Source: Auanema rhodensis (Eukaryota > Animalia > Nematoda). Taken from it: DNA of 64,000 nucleotides. Positions 36,401 to 51,500 of this stretch are shown here, piece after piece. The stretch spans positions 10,168,001-10,232,000 of the forward strand of contig OZ059900.1 in NCBI GenBank assembly GCA_964057225.1, read 5' to 3'. Under the pieces are notes generated by a model. It saw only the letters and a program-made list of their open reading frames with translations. It searched no databases and was not told the origin of the DNA. The position numbers and the translations under genes are program-made. Every line of letters starts with the position of its first letter. Positions within the stretch are counted from its first letter, which is position 1.

Positions 36401-39400
36401 GTCAGAGCCAAGCAAAATTCCATAAAAAAGAGGTAGAGGAGTGTGCAGAGATTGAAGAGACAAAGAAAGAAAAAAAGAAAGAGAGAGAGAGACTACGATT
36501 TCAATCTATGCCTTCAACAGACCAAGTAGTTTTGAGAGGCATTTCAGATAAAACAGATGCCGCCATCGCTTCCACCCTCACCCAACAACATATCTACAAC
36601 AGTCAAATTCTTCTTTTTGTTGTCTTTTCTTTCTTTTCGTCATCAACTCTTATAGAAGTTGTCATGAAGTTTCCTCATTTATGATAAAATATTGAAAATA
36701 ATATCAAATATTTCAATAAATTGATGTAAATACCAGTAAAATGAAATTTTATTGAGATATCTAATAGTAATGACCAACGTTATATATGATATAATATTGT
36801 TTTAGATCAAGAAATTGCATCATTTCATGTGAATATAAACTGAACTTAGGATATGAAATGAGCTCAAATTATAGAATAATGTAAATAATTAGAAGAGAAC
36901 AAGTTTAAGCCTTACTCGGATGATTTTGATCTCAAATGCCTCCATTACGTCAATTATAATCTTGAAATTGCACTATTTCTCTATGAATTCTCATAGGTTA
37001 CTTCTATTCATATACGTTGGAATAGAAACAGTTTATCTTTCTATTCATCTTTATCTGAATCAGTTGATGTTTCATTCTACATGCAACAACAATGCCGATT
37101 ACTCCATCGATGTTTATCCAAGCGCTTCAACTCTTACTCTCACTTGTCTTTTGTCTTGTTCTTACAATGCTACTGAAATATTTTTTATTTTGTTTACTGA
37201 CCATTCAATAGTTACAGCTTGGACGACAACCGCAGCGGCATCAACAACAACAACAACAACAGCAGCAGCAGCAGCACCAGTTGTAGTGACTGACGGAATT
37301 TAAGCATCACTATATATACCGCATATACACAAGCCGTATTAATCTGCCTGTCCGAAAGTGAAGATATTTGAATGCAATACGGGACTCCGTCATGCCGAAG
37401 AGAAAATTAAAAGTCAGTCTACTCAGCTTTCCGTTTTCTTAATTGAGCCCAATTTCGCAATCTCCTTAATATAGCATTTGTGCACAAAACAACGAAACAA
37501 ACAGCAAAATATCTAAAAATTAATTTTAAAATTAAAAATTATGAAAGCAATGAGGAAGAAGAAAAAGAATCAAACACAAAAAAAAACTTATAATTACATT
37601 AGTTATATAGTTTTTGGAGAATATGTAATTATTTAATTTAAAAATATCCTATTTTTATCATCGAGATCATAATAAAAACTACAAAAACGTAATTTAATTT
37701 GATGAAAGAAAAATTTCTTCTGATTGACGACCGCCAATAATGACTTGCCTCAAATTTTTTGTTAAAAACAAATTATTTCATTATGACAATACAAACCGCT
37801 TTTCTATTTTCATTTATCTGTTGCATCTTGTTCTGTATCCACATTTTCGAAACCTTTCCATGCAATTTATCAGAATTGTTTCACCATGTTTGTGCATTGT
37901 TATCCGTCTCTATTCCAGGTATGCTAAGCAAACGGATACAAAGCTTCACATACTCTGAAATCAAAAAAGAAAATAACAACAAAAAGAAAAAAATTATTGA
38001 AATATGCACGAGAGACAGAGCAAGGAAGAGAGAGGAAAAAGATAAAAAAAATTGAAAAAAATAAAAAACAAACTCAGTTATCTCAATGAAATTATAAAAA
38101 AAGTATGTGCATTTGCATCTTCATTTTCTTCCCCCGTTTCTGTCATAAACAGAATATTGAAAAGAAGAGCAAGAAGAGAATAACCCGGAAAAGTAGAAAA
38201 AGTGCTCTGAATTCGATGCCAAATTCTTTCTTTTTTGCAATTTGTACATCCTCTTCTTTGTTTCTGACTTTCATCATTTATCTGACAATCCCAGATCAAA
38301 TCATTTCGTATTCTTTTCCATGGATATGAAAGTATATATCCAAGAGGTGGTTTTGCAGCAACTCACTGAATTTCACAAAAAAAATCTTTCAAATCTTTTG
38401 AAAAATATCCGTTATTATAGTAAAATCAAGTAAAAAAAAAGATAATTTTATTTATTTTTTAGCTCAAACATCCTCCTAAGCGATAACAGCTTACTACTTT
38501 GTTTTTTTTTATTCTTTTTACCAAACATAAAAAATGAGCATTTAGAGCAAAAAAATGAGCTATTCCTCAAAAGGCATAGTGGCTACACTCGCTTAAACTC
38601 ATTTATTAGTGAACTTGAATTCTATAAAGATTTTTTTAGACGTTTTCATGTTTTTTTCCGAACCTCATCATTTTTAAAAAAAAAAAAGAAATCTTTCCGA
38701 TTCTCAGCTTTAATCTAGCTCTCCTTTCTATTTTTCTATTTCCCATGGCATACTTCTTCGTGAGCATGCACTCTCACCACTTTTCTCTTTCTCTCCTTTT
38801 CTCTCATATTCTTTAGTCTTTTTCCTTTCTTGTCATAATGTGCTCTCTCACATTCTCTATATATCTATCTTCTCTCAGCACTCTCGCTCATTCGGCATAA
38901 CTCTCTCTGTAACCTAGCTATTGCCTCGCTGCCTAGCTATACAACACATGCATCTTACCTCTAAACATCTTTCCCATCCTTCTCTTACTCTCTCTCTATC
39001 CTTTCTCCTCTCTCTCTATCTTTTAGCATACTTTCACAGCCTGCTCTCTTGAGCATCGTTATCTAATACATTCTTTTGCATTCTGTCTCTTCTATTGCAA
39101 CTCTCTGCGCATAGTTATGCTATCTCGTATCTACTTCTTTCTATCTCGGCAGGCTCTGCATCATTTTAGTTCTCTTGTTTCCTCTTTTCTCTACGTTCTA
39201 TAACATCTCTGAAATTGTCATCATCTCTCGTACTATTTTCCAGCTCTCTCTAAGCATTTTATAGTCTCTGATACTTGCTTTTTTTCTTATATTTTTGTTT
39301 TTTGCATTTCTTCGCTTCGTTGATTTCAAACTAATATAGTCTACTCGGTGATTTTTTCATGTAAAAATTCATTAATATCCATATCTCTCATCATTTTCAA

Positions 39401-42400
39401 AATTAAACCTCCGTTTCAAGCAATATTTCAACTTGAAACTAATATCAAGACTTGAAAAATGTCTCACCGAATTATTCCTTCTTTATATTCTCAAACATGT
39501 CTGATATGATGCATTATCCACCAACTTACAACTTATCTACTATTGCTATGATTTTGATTTCTTTCCTATTTCGTTCACGTTTATCGTTTAAACATCTGAA
39601 CTCATTACTAACTATGGATGCTACGTTCCAATCTAAGAAATAGCTTTGTTCCGTTTTCTCTTAAAATCTTGTTTCAAATCATATGCCAAATCACTGTCAC
39701 ATAGCTTTTCAACTCTTTTCTCCGTTCCGTCATTCGTAATTGCTCTTTGTATAATTGCTCTTTTTTAATTTTTCATCTTTCTTTCTGCTTCAGCATTCTC
39801 ACTTCCTTCTCAGATCTTCGTTTCTTTCTTATTATCGAGATTTCATCCACACTCTCCTTCTTTTCCACCTTCTTACTTACATAAACTATATACAATTTCA
39901 AGCCAGATATTCTTTTTGTGCCTTGAAGCTTTTGCTTCGCGCTTACATACTCATCTCTTTATCTCTCTCTTTGTTCCCTCCCTCACGCGCTCAATTCTGC
40001 TCACCTATGAACTGCTATTACCTGATATGTTCACAGTCTACAATTACCTCATGTGATGCTTTTACCTAGCTTGTCGTGCCAATATATAAATATATACATA
40101 TATATAGTTTTTCTTTGCTTGTTCTGCAATCACACTCTCGCTTGAATTTTGTCATTCTCTCTCATCTGCATTGATGTATGCGGGTGTCTCGCCTCCCTTG
40201 GCATTCTCACGCTTTTTCCTTCTCTCCCTCACTCTCTCTGCTCTCCATCTTTTCCCTTTCCTCATCCACCCACTATTCATTGTGCAATTTTCGTTTATCT
40301 GCTTCTCTCGATGACTCTCTAATGAAATACTCTCTATCACTCTTTTATTTTATGTTTTTTATTTTTCATTTTCCATGGCTTGCATGTTCAAAAATTGTGT
40401 GTTTCCAAGAGAATGACATATGTTACCTGCTCTTTTTGCCGATGTTGTTTCTCTTCTATATTTTTTCTCGACAATACAAAAGAGAAACGCAGTTATCAAT
40501 TCCTCGACAGACATGCACACACATACACATACATATTTGTTGAAAACATGAAAAAAAAATTAAAAGAATAAGTTGCACCAAGTATTTTCTTAGCCACTTT
40601 GCTGCTAGTTTTTTGCCTCTAATGAAAGAGTATTAGAACGAAAGAGTTGTTCTTTACTTGTTTTGTCGCAACACTTGTATGTAGCGATTCGTTATTTTTT
40701 TAAAAACTTATCCAATCTCAAATCTCTCAGATAGCACTGAGATGTTTTCTCAGCGTGGGAGCAATCAAAGAAAAGATTGAATAAATCGCAACGAATTAAG
40801 CAAAGTGATGTTTCGTAAGGAGTAATCATTGACAGCCATGATGATTTTCCAGCTGAAAGTATATCTCTGCGCTAACAATGTATAAGCCATCACCCCCACA
40901 CACGTCTTGCTTTTGTTGTTTTATCTGACCAATACGGATTAGTTTTGTCCATTATTAAGCTTATTTGGTTGAATGAGACAAGGTACAAATATATTTAGCT
41001 ATCTATTTATATAAATTAATCACATAACATGTATATATATATATATATACTTGTAAATATGTGTATAACTATATTAATTAATTAAATTTTGAAGCGAGAA
41101 AAATGAGGATTCTATGTACATATCTGTACAAAATTATTCCTCATATGTTTTTATGAAACTAAAAAAAGTATAAGCTATTAGTTTAATCTCAATGTTACAT
41201 GTGTCTTGCTCATATTTTATATAATAATATTCAAACAAATCAGCGTGAAGAAATTTAATTAATTTATCTTCTGCGCATGAAACAACTTTTTTTTCCTTTT
41301 GCGCTCGATGTAATTGGATTTGGAAGAGAGAAAACTGGAAGTTAACAAGATAGTGAGCAGAAAAGGATGAGGCACTTGCATGATTTGAAGTAGAAAAATC
41401 ATTTTTCTACCTTCATGCATACATATAATGGAACATTCATGAGTTTTAGCCTCCATTTATTTTGATTTTCAGTTATTTTCTGATTGACTAAGCTCAAATA
41501 TTATTGATTTCATTATGTTTGGTTGAATTGTAGCTTGTATAATCAGTATATGTACAAAAAGTTGAATGAAAAGAAAAACAAGCATATGAGACAGATCTCA
41601 TTGAAGCTTCAGTGTTATAGGCTTTATGCTATTTAGTGTGGGTCTAGTATCTTCTTTTCCATCTTGGTGGATTCTTTAAAAAAGCGAAAATGTGTTATAA
41701 GATAAAAACTAAGCACTACTCAATCACGGTGTGTCAAAATTCGTTCGGTACCATTCATAGCTCAAAGGGAAACAAAATTTCTTATTTTAATCCATTTCCT
41801 GGGTTATTCTACGTTTTCATTTGCTTCTACAATTTTTCTTTTCTTCACAAACTTTGAGAAAGACTTGAGAGCGTGTTAGCGAAAGGCTGAGTTGTCTTAT
41901 TACACGATTCATAATCAGAAGCAAACGAACAAAAAAGAAAGAAAGAACCATTTTTCACACACATACACACACACATAAGATTTCAATTTATCCCATTTTT
42001 TCCAATGTATTAAAGATTTTGATTGCGCTCCTATTATGCCTCCCACGCCGTCTTTTTCAAGAACTATGAACTTATAAAGCATGCTTTATATAGATTATTT
42101 GTCTTTGCTTCATCATAATTCACTTTTTTCATACTCTTATCCTTAGCACATAGCCAGATGCTGTCATCATTTCGAATGTTTTAATGGAAAAGTGCTTCCG
42201 TTTATTACATTTTTGATGTTCGAACTTGCAACATTTTTCATTTTCATACTCAGCAAGTCTCTTATCTATTTCATTGCGGCTGTCTTCTTGCCTTAGGGCT
42301 TCTAACATTATTTCATCTCTTTTACTTGTCGCGTTTTCGACCAATTTCCGCAAAAAGATATATAGTTGCGAAGAAAAAAGAATTTTTTTTCCTCTTCAAT

Positions 42401-45400
42401 TATCTGATTAATCTTGCATTTCATTTGAAAATTACAAAATAATCCACTTTTTACACTCTTTAATCAAGTTCAGTAGTTCATATGCAACTTATCAAGGGCA
42501 TTACTGCCATTTTCATTCAAATTAAAATGTTCACAGAGCTGTGCAAACATTTATCAAGTTGAAGATACTTGTTATGTCTGAATATTAAAGTTAAGCTATG
42601 GGTAACCTTAGTAGGGCCTAGTCATCTGAATCATTCATTAGCTTCACATCACTTTTTTTCTTTCAGCTAAGCTTATGCAATCATTACTATTATTTGAATA
42701 CGGATTCTAGAAGTTTTCAATTTTTTTCCAGCCAAAACACATTTTCATACTTTTATTTGTATTTCTAGTCAATGTTTCGACATTTCAATTGAATATGAAT
42801 GAGTTCAAATGGCAAATGGACAGCTAAGCTACCAGCCTAACACGTGGATTGAGCTCCATGTGCGAGTTAAGTCATACATGATTGGCTACGCACAAGAGAA
42901 TCCACGCATAATCATTCACGTTTTTTTGAGCTAGTTGATTAGAATATGCAGTAGAGCAAGCAAATACGATAGAAAAATGAAAAAAGCACAGCTGCTTGCA
43001 CTATCATTACCATCAAGCTATTATTCTTGCCATTCTCAAAATCAGAAATAATATGTTGGAAGCCTTAGCATAATAATAATTCTAATAACAAATATAAAGA
43101 AATATAATATTATAATTAGTATAGCATATAAATAAATAAATATTTATATATATTTAAGTATAATATACCAATTATACTCTATATTTCCGTTTTAAATTCA
43201 GTTTTGATAATATTTTCAATGTTTGCAAAATGTATAACATATTCTTACACTATTAGCTGTATATTGTTGTCTTGAATTGCGTCAGATTCTAATGCCTCCA
43301 CATACACACATATGAGCATTCACTTTTTTCAAGAAAAAAAATTATATATCTTAGATTTGGCCCTTTATTGGTGACAAAAAAAATATATATATATATACAT
43401 ATTGGAAACACAAAATAAGATATTGTTTCGTTTTAGGGAGTGAGACGAAAAACGCAAAAAGAAATTTAAAATATTCGTGACATTGTTCAAGCAGACTCAC
43501 TAATGACCAGCTGGCGTTGGCGTTCGCTTCTTTTTCTCTTTTTTTTTGTTCGATCCCTCCGACTAATCCCCTCGTTTTCCGATGCTGTTTCAACTTGTGC
43601 AGCTGAAGCTGCTGCCAATGATTGCATTCGTTTTGCTCACGTGTGGCTTGTTTCGTATTGGCATATCTCTGCTAATTTTTTTTTATCTTCCTTCTCTCAC
43701 ATTTTTTATTTCCATTCAATTTTACACACGTGAATGACAAGTAGAAACGAAAAGATAAGAAGATGATCGAATTTCGAGGACCAATACTAAAATGTACATA
43801 AGATAGTTCAATAATAAAAGAGAGGCTAGAGATAGGCTAGCAGAAAAAAAGTCACTTTTCCTTTTTTTAATCGTTCTATCTGCTTTTAATGCTCAACAAG
43901 AGCATTTAGCGGTGGTTTGCTTCTATTGTGGAATAAAAGAAAAAAGCTTTAAAAAGGCTTTGTGCAGCGAATAACCCCCAAAAAGCTTGATCATCGCTTT
44001 CAATTGTGTTTTACTATAAGTATATGCTTATACGAACGGATGATGTGTTTAGTAGCTTATTGCTTATTGCCTTAGGCAATAGAGATGGCCCCGACGATGA
44101 GATTTGTCAAGACATATCGAAAACGAACCAATATAACGAATGAAATAAGCTGCAGAGAAGCACCATTTCACGCTCTTCAGCTATGACTTGAGGTCATGCC
44201 CTTTTTTGTTTCACATGTCTTGCAGCCATTGACCTATACGATTTATAGATTTTTGTCTGTTATCCGTTCTTTTATTTTCTCTTAATAGTCAGTTATATTA
44301 TCTCAAGTTTATAGTCTTTCACACGACTTTATTGAACTGAAAGTTCACATCCCTATTCTTTATATGTATGGGGAGTCTGGTATTGTTAGATTATGCCAAA
44401 CATTTTTTTGAAGTTTAACAACACATCGCATGAATGCTTCTTTCTATTCCTTGTTCATACCCTCCTTTTCCATTTTTTGTTCTTATTCTGAGCCGTTTTC
44501 AACTTTTTTTCCATTTCAATTATTCTGCATTTTTTTAACGGAACTTTGAAAGAAACAGAACATTTATAAACTGACAGACTGGCACTAGCAAACATAATAT
44601 AAAAAAAATAAAAAAAGGAAGTTTGACCCCCCTTTGAATTGTAGTTCTATCGCCGACAAACATTGTGATGAGCAGCATAATAACCAATAATATCTCTACT
44701 TGAAATATGATCTTGAAGCTTTTCGCACTAAATCAAATACTAAATTATGCGTTTTTTTACTATATGTTATATGTAGAAAAAAAACCAGGAAAAAGGCATA
44801 GTTTACAGAATGAGAGGAAGGGATATATATTAATTGAAGAAATTGAAAAAAAAACGATAAAATGGTACATTATGAGAATGAGAAATAAAAATGAACTAAC
44901 ACATCAAAACAATGTGCAGAGGGCAATTTCGAGATAAACTAATGTGAGGTTTTAGCTTAAAAAAGTCAGAAGAAAGAATAAAATAAGAATGAAAAGATTG
45001 CTCTATGTTGAAGATTTTTATATCCGTTCCCCAGAGATGCTATGTGATAGATAGAGAATGATTTAGACACTTAACTCATACACCCCCTCTTTTCTAATAC
45101 TTGCTACCACTTTCTTTGTTTTATTTCCTTATTCCTTTTTTAAAGATATCATCTCATTGTCTATCGTATAATTAGCATTTAACATCGAATTGAGGGTAAA
45201 CTTCAATGAATTCTCAGCTCTTCCTTGTTTATAACAGCGAAAGTGTTCTATTTAAAAAATTAAACTAAATTAATTTATTCTCAAGTTCCGTTTAAGTAAG
45301 ATAATTCTGATGTTATATCGAGTGAATGCTACCATATCACATGCTATTTGATTTAATGATAAAGTAATATTACAATGTCGCTAGATACTTTAGAAATTTT

Positions 45401-48400
45401 TCACCAGTTATTCTGCGAGTTGAGAAATAGCAAAATAATTATAGGATGAAGCCATTTACAGAAAAAAACATTCTCTAAGACTTCTATTGTATACCAGAAA
45501 TAGTGAAAATATGCGGAATTTTTTATTTCACATCACTTTTCATCTTGTTTCGATTACTTTTTCTTTGTTTTTGACGGGCTTGTCTACAGAGTTGTCTATT
45601 GGAAAATGACAACTTTCTGCTCTTCGCCCACAATGACTCTACTTCACGTTCGAATTAATTTCGAAATCCCTTCAAGACCTACTAGAAGCAAAAAAAAGAA
45701 AAACATAACCGATTAAAAGTCTTCTATAACTATGAAATAAAGAAAACAAATTAAGAAATATTTCCAAGTAGATATAAGAAGACAGACGGAATACTAGAAG
45801 ATGGATAAAGAAGTTCCAGAAATACTTGAAATCAGGAAGATATCACTTCAAAGTGAATTATGATCACTACTCCCACTTTCACGTGCTTCGTATATCTTGT
45901 CAAATTGGCAAAATTTGAAATATGGATTATAAAATCCAAAAAAATGAATTGGTCATAAATAAGAGTTAGTTATGATATTGCTCCCGTAGATTGTAAAGCT
46001 AATTTTAAGATCATTGAAAGCTATAAGCATACTTTATTCCCAATTTTCATCAGATCGTCAATTACAACTACGCATTGTTTTTTTTTCCTCTTCCTCTCTA
46101 TCATTCTCTCCTTTCAAACTCTCTGTTCTACATTCGTCTCTCTCTCTTCTCTCTGTGGCTGTTCAAATCATATTTATTATTCTTTAAGGCCAGTTGTCAC
46201 TTAATTTATCTTCAAACGTTTTTTCTTCACCTTTTCTTGGAAATATTTTCAAGATTTTCTTCTTTCTACATATATTCAGTGAATACTCTCTTCTTATCCA
46301 CTCTCTAATCTGGACGCAAATCTACGGATATCATAAGCACTATGCGTCTGCTGCCATTGCCCAGCTTGCGCAAGTTCGCACAATGAAGCTGATGATAGTC
46401 TTGATGTAAGCCCACACGGCTTGTCTGACCTCACATTCAACGTACAAATTGATGATAGACACATGCCTTTCCCTGATAACAACAGTCGTACTGCGATCCG
46501 TCATCGTGTCATTTATTGGACTCCAGGGCCTCTCGGCATAAAGTTCCGCTGTCAAGCTTGATCCACTGCACATGATTGCCCGTTTCTACTTATTTTTGTC
46601 TTCTTTTCATATTCATCATAAACTTCGGTTGCTGAGTGATCGTGAGATGTTTATTTGCCTTTGAACTCACAGCATAGCTCTTTCAAAGTTTGTAATTTTC
46701 AGCTCTACCTCATGATAAATAGAATCAAGCTCGAAACTTTCACTTTTTATTTTCATATTGCTAACAATCTTCTCATTATTAGTTCTAATCTCACTATTCT
46801 ACTCTACTACTCCTCGTTTGAAAAGACATCTATCCTCAAGTTATTTCTATCTCAATCTTGGTCGTCCTTTACTTAATTATTCATTCTAGTATGACATGCC
46901 TACTTTGCGCTATCATCCTATCCTCTTCTCTTTCTCTTTCAATCTTTTTCAACCTTTCGTTTTCACATTCCAGACCCTTTCTTGCATCATCTCTTTGGAC
47001 TTCTTCTCCTTTTCCACTCACTTTCATTCATTCAATCTTCTCAGAATCATTGAACAGTCGTTTTCAGTTCTTATATCTTAGAGTTCTCTTCACCTAGACA
47101 TTACTTATTCCTTCACTTTTTTTCCAAAATAAAAAAATCGAGTAAAAAAACAGATTTTGTGTCATTCTGCGTATATTTGCGTGCACCAGCTTCGAAAAAA
47201 GCTCACCAAGATGATGATACATGATCGTGATCATGATCATGTCTTTTGAAATTTGCATCAGCAATAATACATAATATATATTTAACCAGCTATTTTTTGA
47301 CTGAAATGACTAGTGTCAGCTGTTTTGTTATGATTATACATCTGTAATTACCATCTTGTACACATTAACCTGAGAAAAACATGAAAAGACGGATGATGTA
47401 TTGTCTATTTCTCTTAATATTTGTCAAACTATCATTATCTGTCAGCACTCTCTTCCGCATTCTTCATTTTTTCTTCGGTGAAATATGAAAATTTTCAATC
47501 TCTATACTTACTTTCTCAACCTGTTTCTCTTTGTTTTATACATTTCTGCTACTCTCTTCATATCTCTGTTATGTTTCTGTGCTTACTTTGAACAGAAACT
47601 CACAAAAATCAAAAAACGATTAGTGCAATTACTACAAATCAACAAACTTTTTCCAAATTTACGCGATATCAGCTTGGTTTCAAACAAGTTATTTACATAA
47701 CAATTACATTACAAGTTTCTCTATATTATATACTTTGGAACTTCATTCAAACGTTGAACTTGGAAAGATCACCGATGAGTACGTGTAACTTTGAACATAA
47801 AGATTTCGGCCATTTCTAAATTCCTACCTCATCTCATGAATTTTCATCATTTTCATTCACACCTCGTGCTTTAATATCCACACTCATTCAGTGAAATACG
47901 TGTAATTTATGTACATGATGAAATATTTCTACTCGTCGTATCAGATGAGCATTTGATTGCAGATCCTTTATAAGAATATTCATCTTTTCCTTTTTTATTC
48001 CTTTGGATTTTCCGTTCCCATAGCTCAACATAATTTCTCCTTCTATCTATCTATGCCCCCTATTCAATCCTCTTATCTGTCTACCTCCCTATCGTTTTAC
48101 TCAACTCTTTTTCTGATCCTCTCTCTCTCCTTTTTTGCTCATTTCGCCTTTCTTCTCTACTAGCCATGACCAAGACCAGTAGACGGACCGCCCACCTCTA
48201 GGACTTTCAGTTTTCTGCTCAGCTAGCTTACTTACTACTTCACACACGGCATTGTCTGCTTTGCTATTCCATCAAAACCTTGTGCTCTTCCCCAGATCCT
48301 CTGGAGCGCATTGCATCAACCGCAAACGACTAGCATCCTTCTACTCAACATACAAATGTCGTTAACGGAGCAAACAGCAAATCTTTTTTCGCACTCAAAC

Positions 48401-48500
48401 TGCTCTCAACTTCAGCAATGTTCTTCAAATCAAGCTTTAATCCTCTCATAATATACTCGTTTATAACTTGTAAAATACTTCACTTTTATGTTCATCTTGC
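30500..48500. other. 18-kb non-coding region (intergenic or upstream regulatory region of the SLC6 gene) with CT-rich tracts and microsatellites
   Basis: No spliceable coding chain found; ORFs are F/L/S/K-rich noise. Confidence 0.6.
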
Positions 48501-48551
48501 TTTTTAATTCCAAATTGAAAATCACTCTCATAACTGATCTTGCAGCCAACC

Positions 48552-51500
48552 ATGAGCTCACCAACGAGGGAGCCTCACATTGTGAATCGTGGGAAACGGT
48601 CAAGCTTGCATGAAGAATTTCCGCTGTCCGAACGTAAGGACAATGAAAATGGAGTTGAGCGCGAAAATTCGGTAAGTTAGCCTTATTAATTTCACTATCA
48701 CATTCAAATTTCAATCTTGCATATATTTATAAATATTTCTCTTATTTCTAGAAAGATTTACTTACTATTCCTGGATCTCGAAAATGTTCCAATGGCGTCT
48801 CTCAGGAGGATTCAGCACGTGGGACTCGTGTCACGTTCTCTAACCGACGAACTTCCAACGGCGAAGTAGGAGAAGAGGTAAGTTCATCTGATCTTAAACC
48901 AATGAATTAGAAATAATTAAAAATTGAAAAAAAAATTAAGATAAAAGCACAAACTTTATCGAAAATATAATTTTAAACATTTAAATAATAAAACTTGAAA
49001 AAGGCTCTATTTTAAAAGAGTTTCCAATTCTACCTTTTAGTTGAAAAACCATATTGATACCCTGAGGGAAAAAAAATATTTTCAATCTTTTTGTAACTAA
49101 AAATTGAAAATTGTTCAAAAGATTAAAAAAAATAAAGGAAATACCAAATAACGTCAAGTTAATCGTGTTTCCGCTCACTTTCGACTTCTTATCTTTTTCT
49201 TTTCCGTTCATGACGTTGAAGACCACCCAAAACGTATTCAGACGACTCCGGCTGTGACTAATGCAGCTACTGTCGTTTAGCAGATGCTTCATTCATTCAT
49301 TCATTCATTCATTCTTTTTCTTCCTGCTTTCTCTCTGTCTATGCGCCAAATGAAACGACTTTAAGCGTGTATGTGGCAGGCGATTGAGATTCACAGAGAC
49401 ACAATGCACAGCTTACTTGTCAAAAAAAATAGAAGCTGATGCATGTTAAGACAATTAGTTGCACATGATTCCTGGAAATTTATTAAAAACTGATACTTTG
49501 TGTTCAATGCTCAAGTATTTTTCACATGCTTGCCAAACGCAGAAATCCGCAAATTCACATTCAAACTCACATTTTTTGAATTAAACTACATTTCCAAGTC
49601 TATAGGCTAAAGGCGACTGATATATTTACTCAGATAGTAGTTTATTTTTTTTATTTCTTCTCAATATAGACTACAAGATGAGAAAAAATTGAATAGAAAC
49701 GAAAAGAGCTTTGAGTTTTCCTAGAGAGAGGGAAAAAGAGAAAGAGAGAGAGAGATGCGGATGAACATCGAGTACAGAATGCTATCTTCATCTTCATTCA
49801 GAAATATATTGAGTAGTCATTCAACATGAAATTGTACTTGAATAGATATAAAGATATGCCTACGAATAGCTTAGAGAGCATGTAGAAAATGAAAGAGAAA
49901 ACGAATAAGAAATAGATGAAAAACGAGAGAGCGGATAAGAAAGTAGAAATAGAGCAGTCTGATAGGCTAGCAAATGCATTTAATTTAAAGGACACATCAC
50001 TTTCGAATGAATTTCAACGTAGAATGTTCTCGTTTTCACGTGCCATCTCTACACACTATGATAATAGAGAACAGTCTCAATGATGCAATTGAGTTCTTTG
50101 CAATTTATCTTGTAATAGCCAATTTTCCTTTTCTTTTCTCGATTTCCTTTGCGTAATAAGCTATTTGTATACAAATGATTGAAAATGTCCTTCTAAACGA
50201 GTATAGGATGTAGGTCATTTAGAGTTTGTCAAAAAAAAAATAAGATGATGAGCATAGATGACCCTCGAAAAGATTGGATAAACGAAAGATAAACTTGGAG
50301 TTATTTCAATAGAAAAAATGCTGTAAGTAGAATAAAAATAGATTTTTTTCTATATATAAGAGAACAAACATGGAAAATTGTTGATAAAAGAGGGAAAAAT
50401 ATATAAACTTCACTGAATAAAGAGAACAATCATCTTGCTTTATCAACTACGGTAACTAACAATATCAAAATGTTAGAGATACTAATCAAGAAAGTAGATG
50501 AATTGATTGAAAATATAAGAATTATAATTTCTCTAATGTCATCATTATCAAAAAATTTGAGAATATAGAAAGAAGATAACCTCCAAAAACATTGATCAAA
50601 CTACAAAATCAGAAAAAACAAAACAATTGTGAAAATAGCTGTAGTTTGAAATTCTTGTGATAGTATAAGTGAAAATCTCATAAACTGAGTATTGATCTGA
50701 TTATCCTTGATATATCTTGTATTAGTTTTCATGTCTTTTGAATATTTAAGTTACTTTTTCATTTTTATTCAAACGGAATTATAACGTTTCTGTTCACTGC
50801 TCCTGACATATACATGTACTTGATCACAGTGACAACTACGTTTAACTTTAATTTTTGTTGTTAATTCCTTATCCTATCTTGAGTATTTATATGTAATATT
50901 AAGAAAAAATTCTCTTTAAATATCCGGAAATGAGATCTTCAGTTTCTATTAGAGCCTTGAAAATTTTCAATTTTATTAATATAAAATAAGCAAAAAAGGT
51001 TTTCGAATAGCTATGGTTAGTGACTTTTCTTATTGGCAGGTCTTAGTAATTGCATTTTATGTCTCGTGAGCAATGTAAGTGAGCATAGACCGGAAACAGC
51101 CAAAAAAAAATTTTTTTTAATAGAAAAGCTATGTAAAGGGCTCTGAAAGTCTAATAACTTGTTCATGAATACAATTTGTGATGATCAAAAAAAACTGAAT
51201 TGAAAATGAAAAAGAAAATAGAATATGCTGTACATTTTCAATCTAGTTTGTGTGAATCATTTAAAGTGAATTAAACAAATTGTGCGGTTTACGGTATCGA
51301 ACTTGTTTTATCATGTAGGTCTATGAAATATGTATCACGATGAACATTAAATGAGTATTAAGCGAGAAAAACGGAAGAAAAAGAGTGATGAAGTGGGAGA
51401 TTAAGAGAAAGATTACGATAAATTTCCGGAAGAAGTAGGAAGTTTGCTTATCTTATTCATTTATCACCGACTTCCCTAACTTCCTTATTCTTTATTATGC

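Noticed and set aside
36920-37303. 127-aa ORF with poly-T/A (or poly-Q in another frame)
   Set aside because: Explained by an (ACA)n(GCA)n microsatellite; no supporting exon chain
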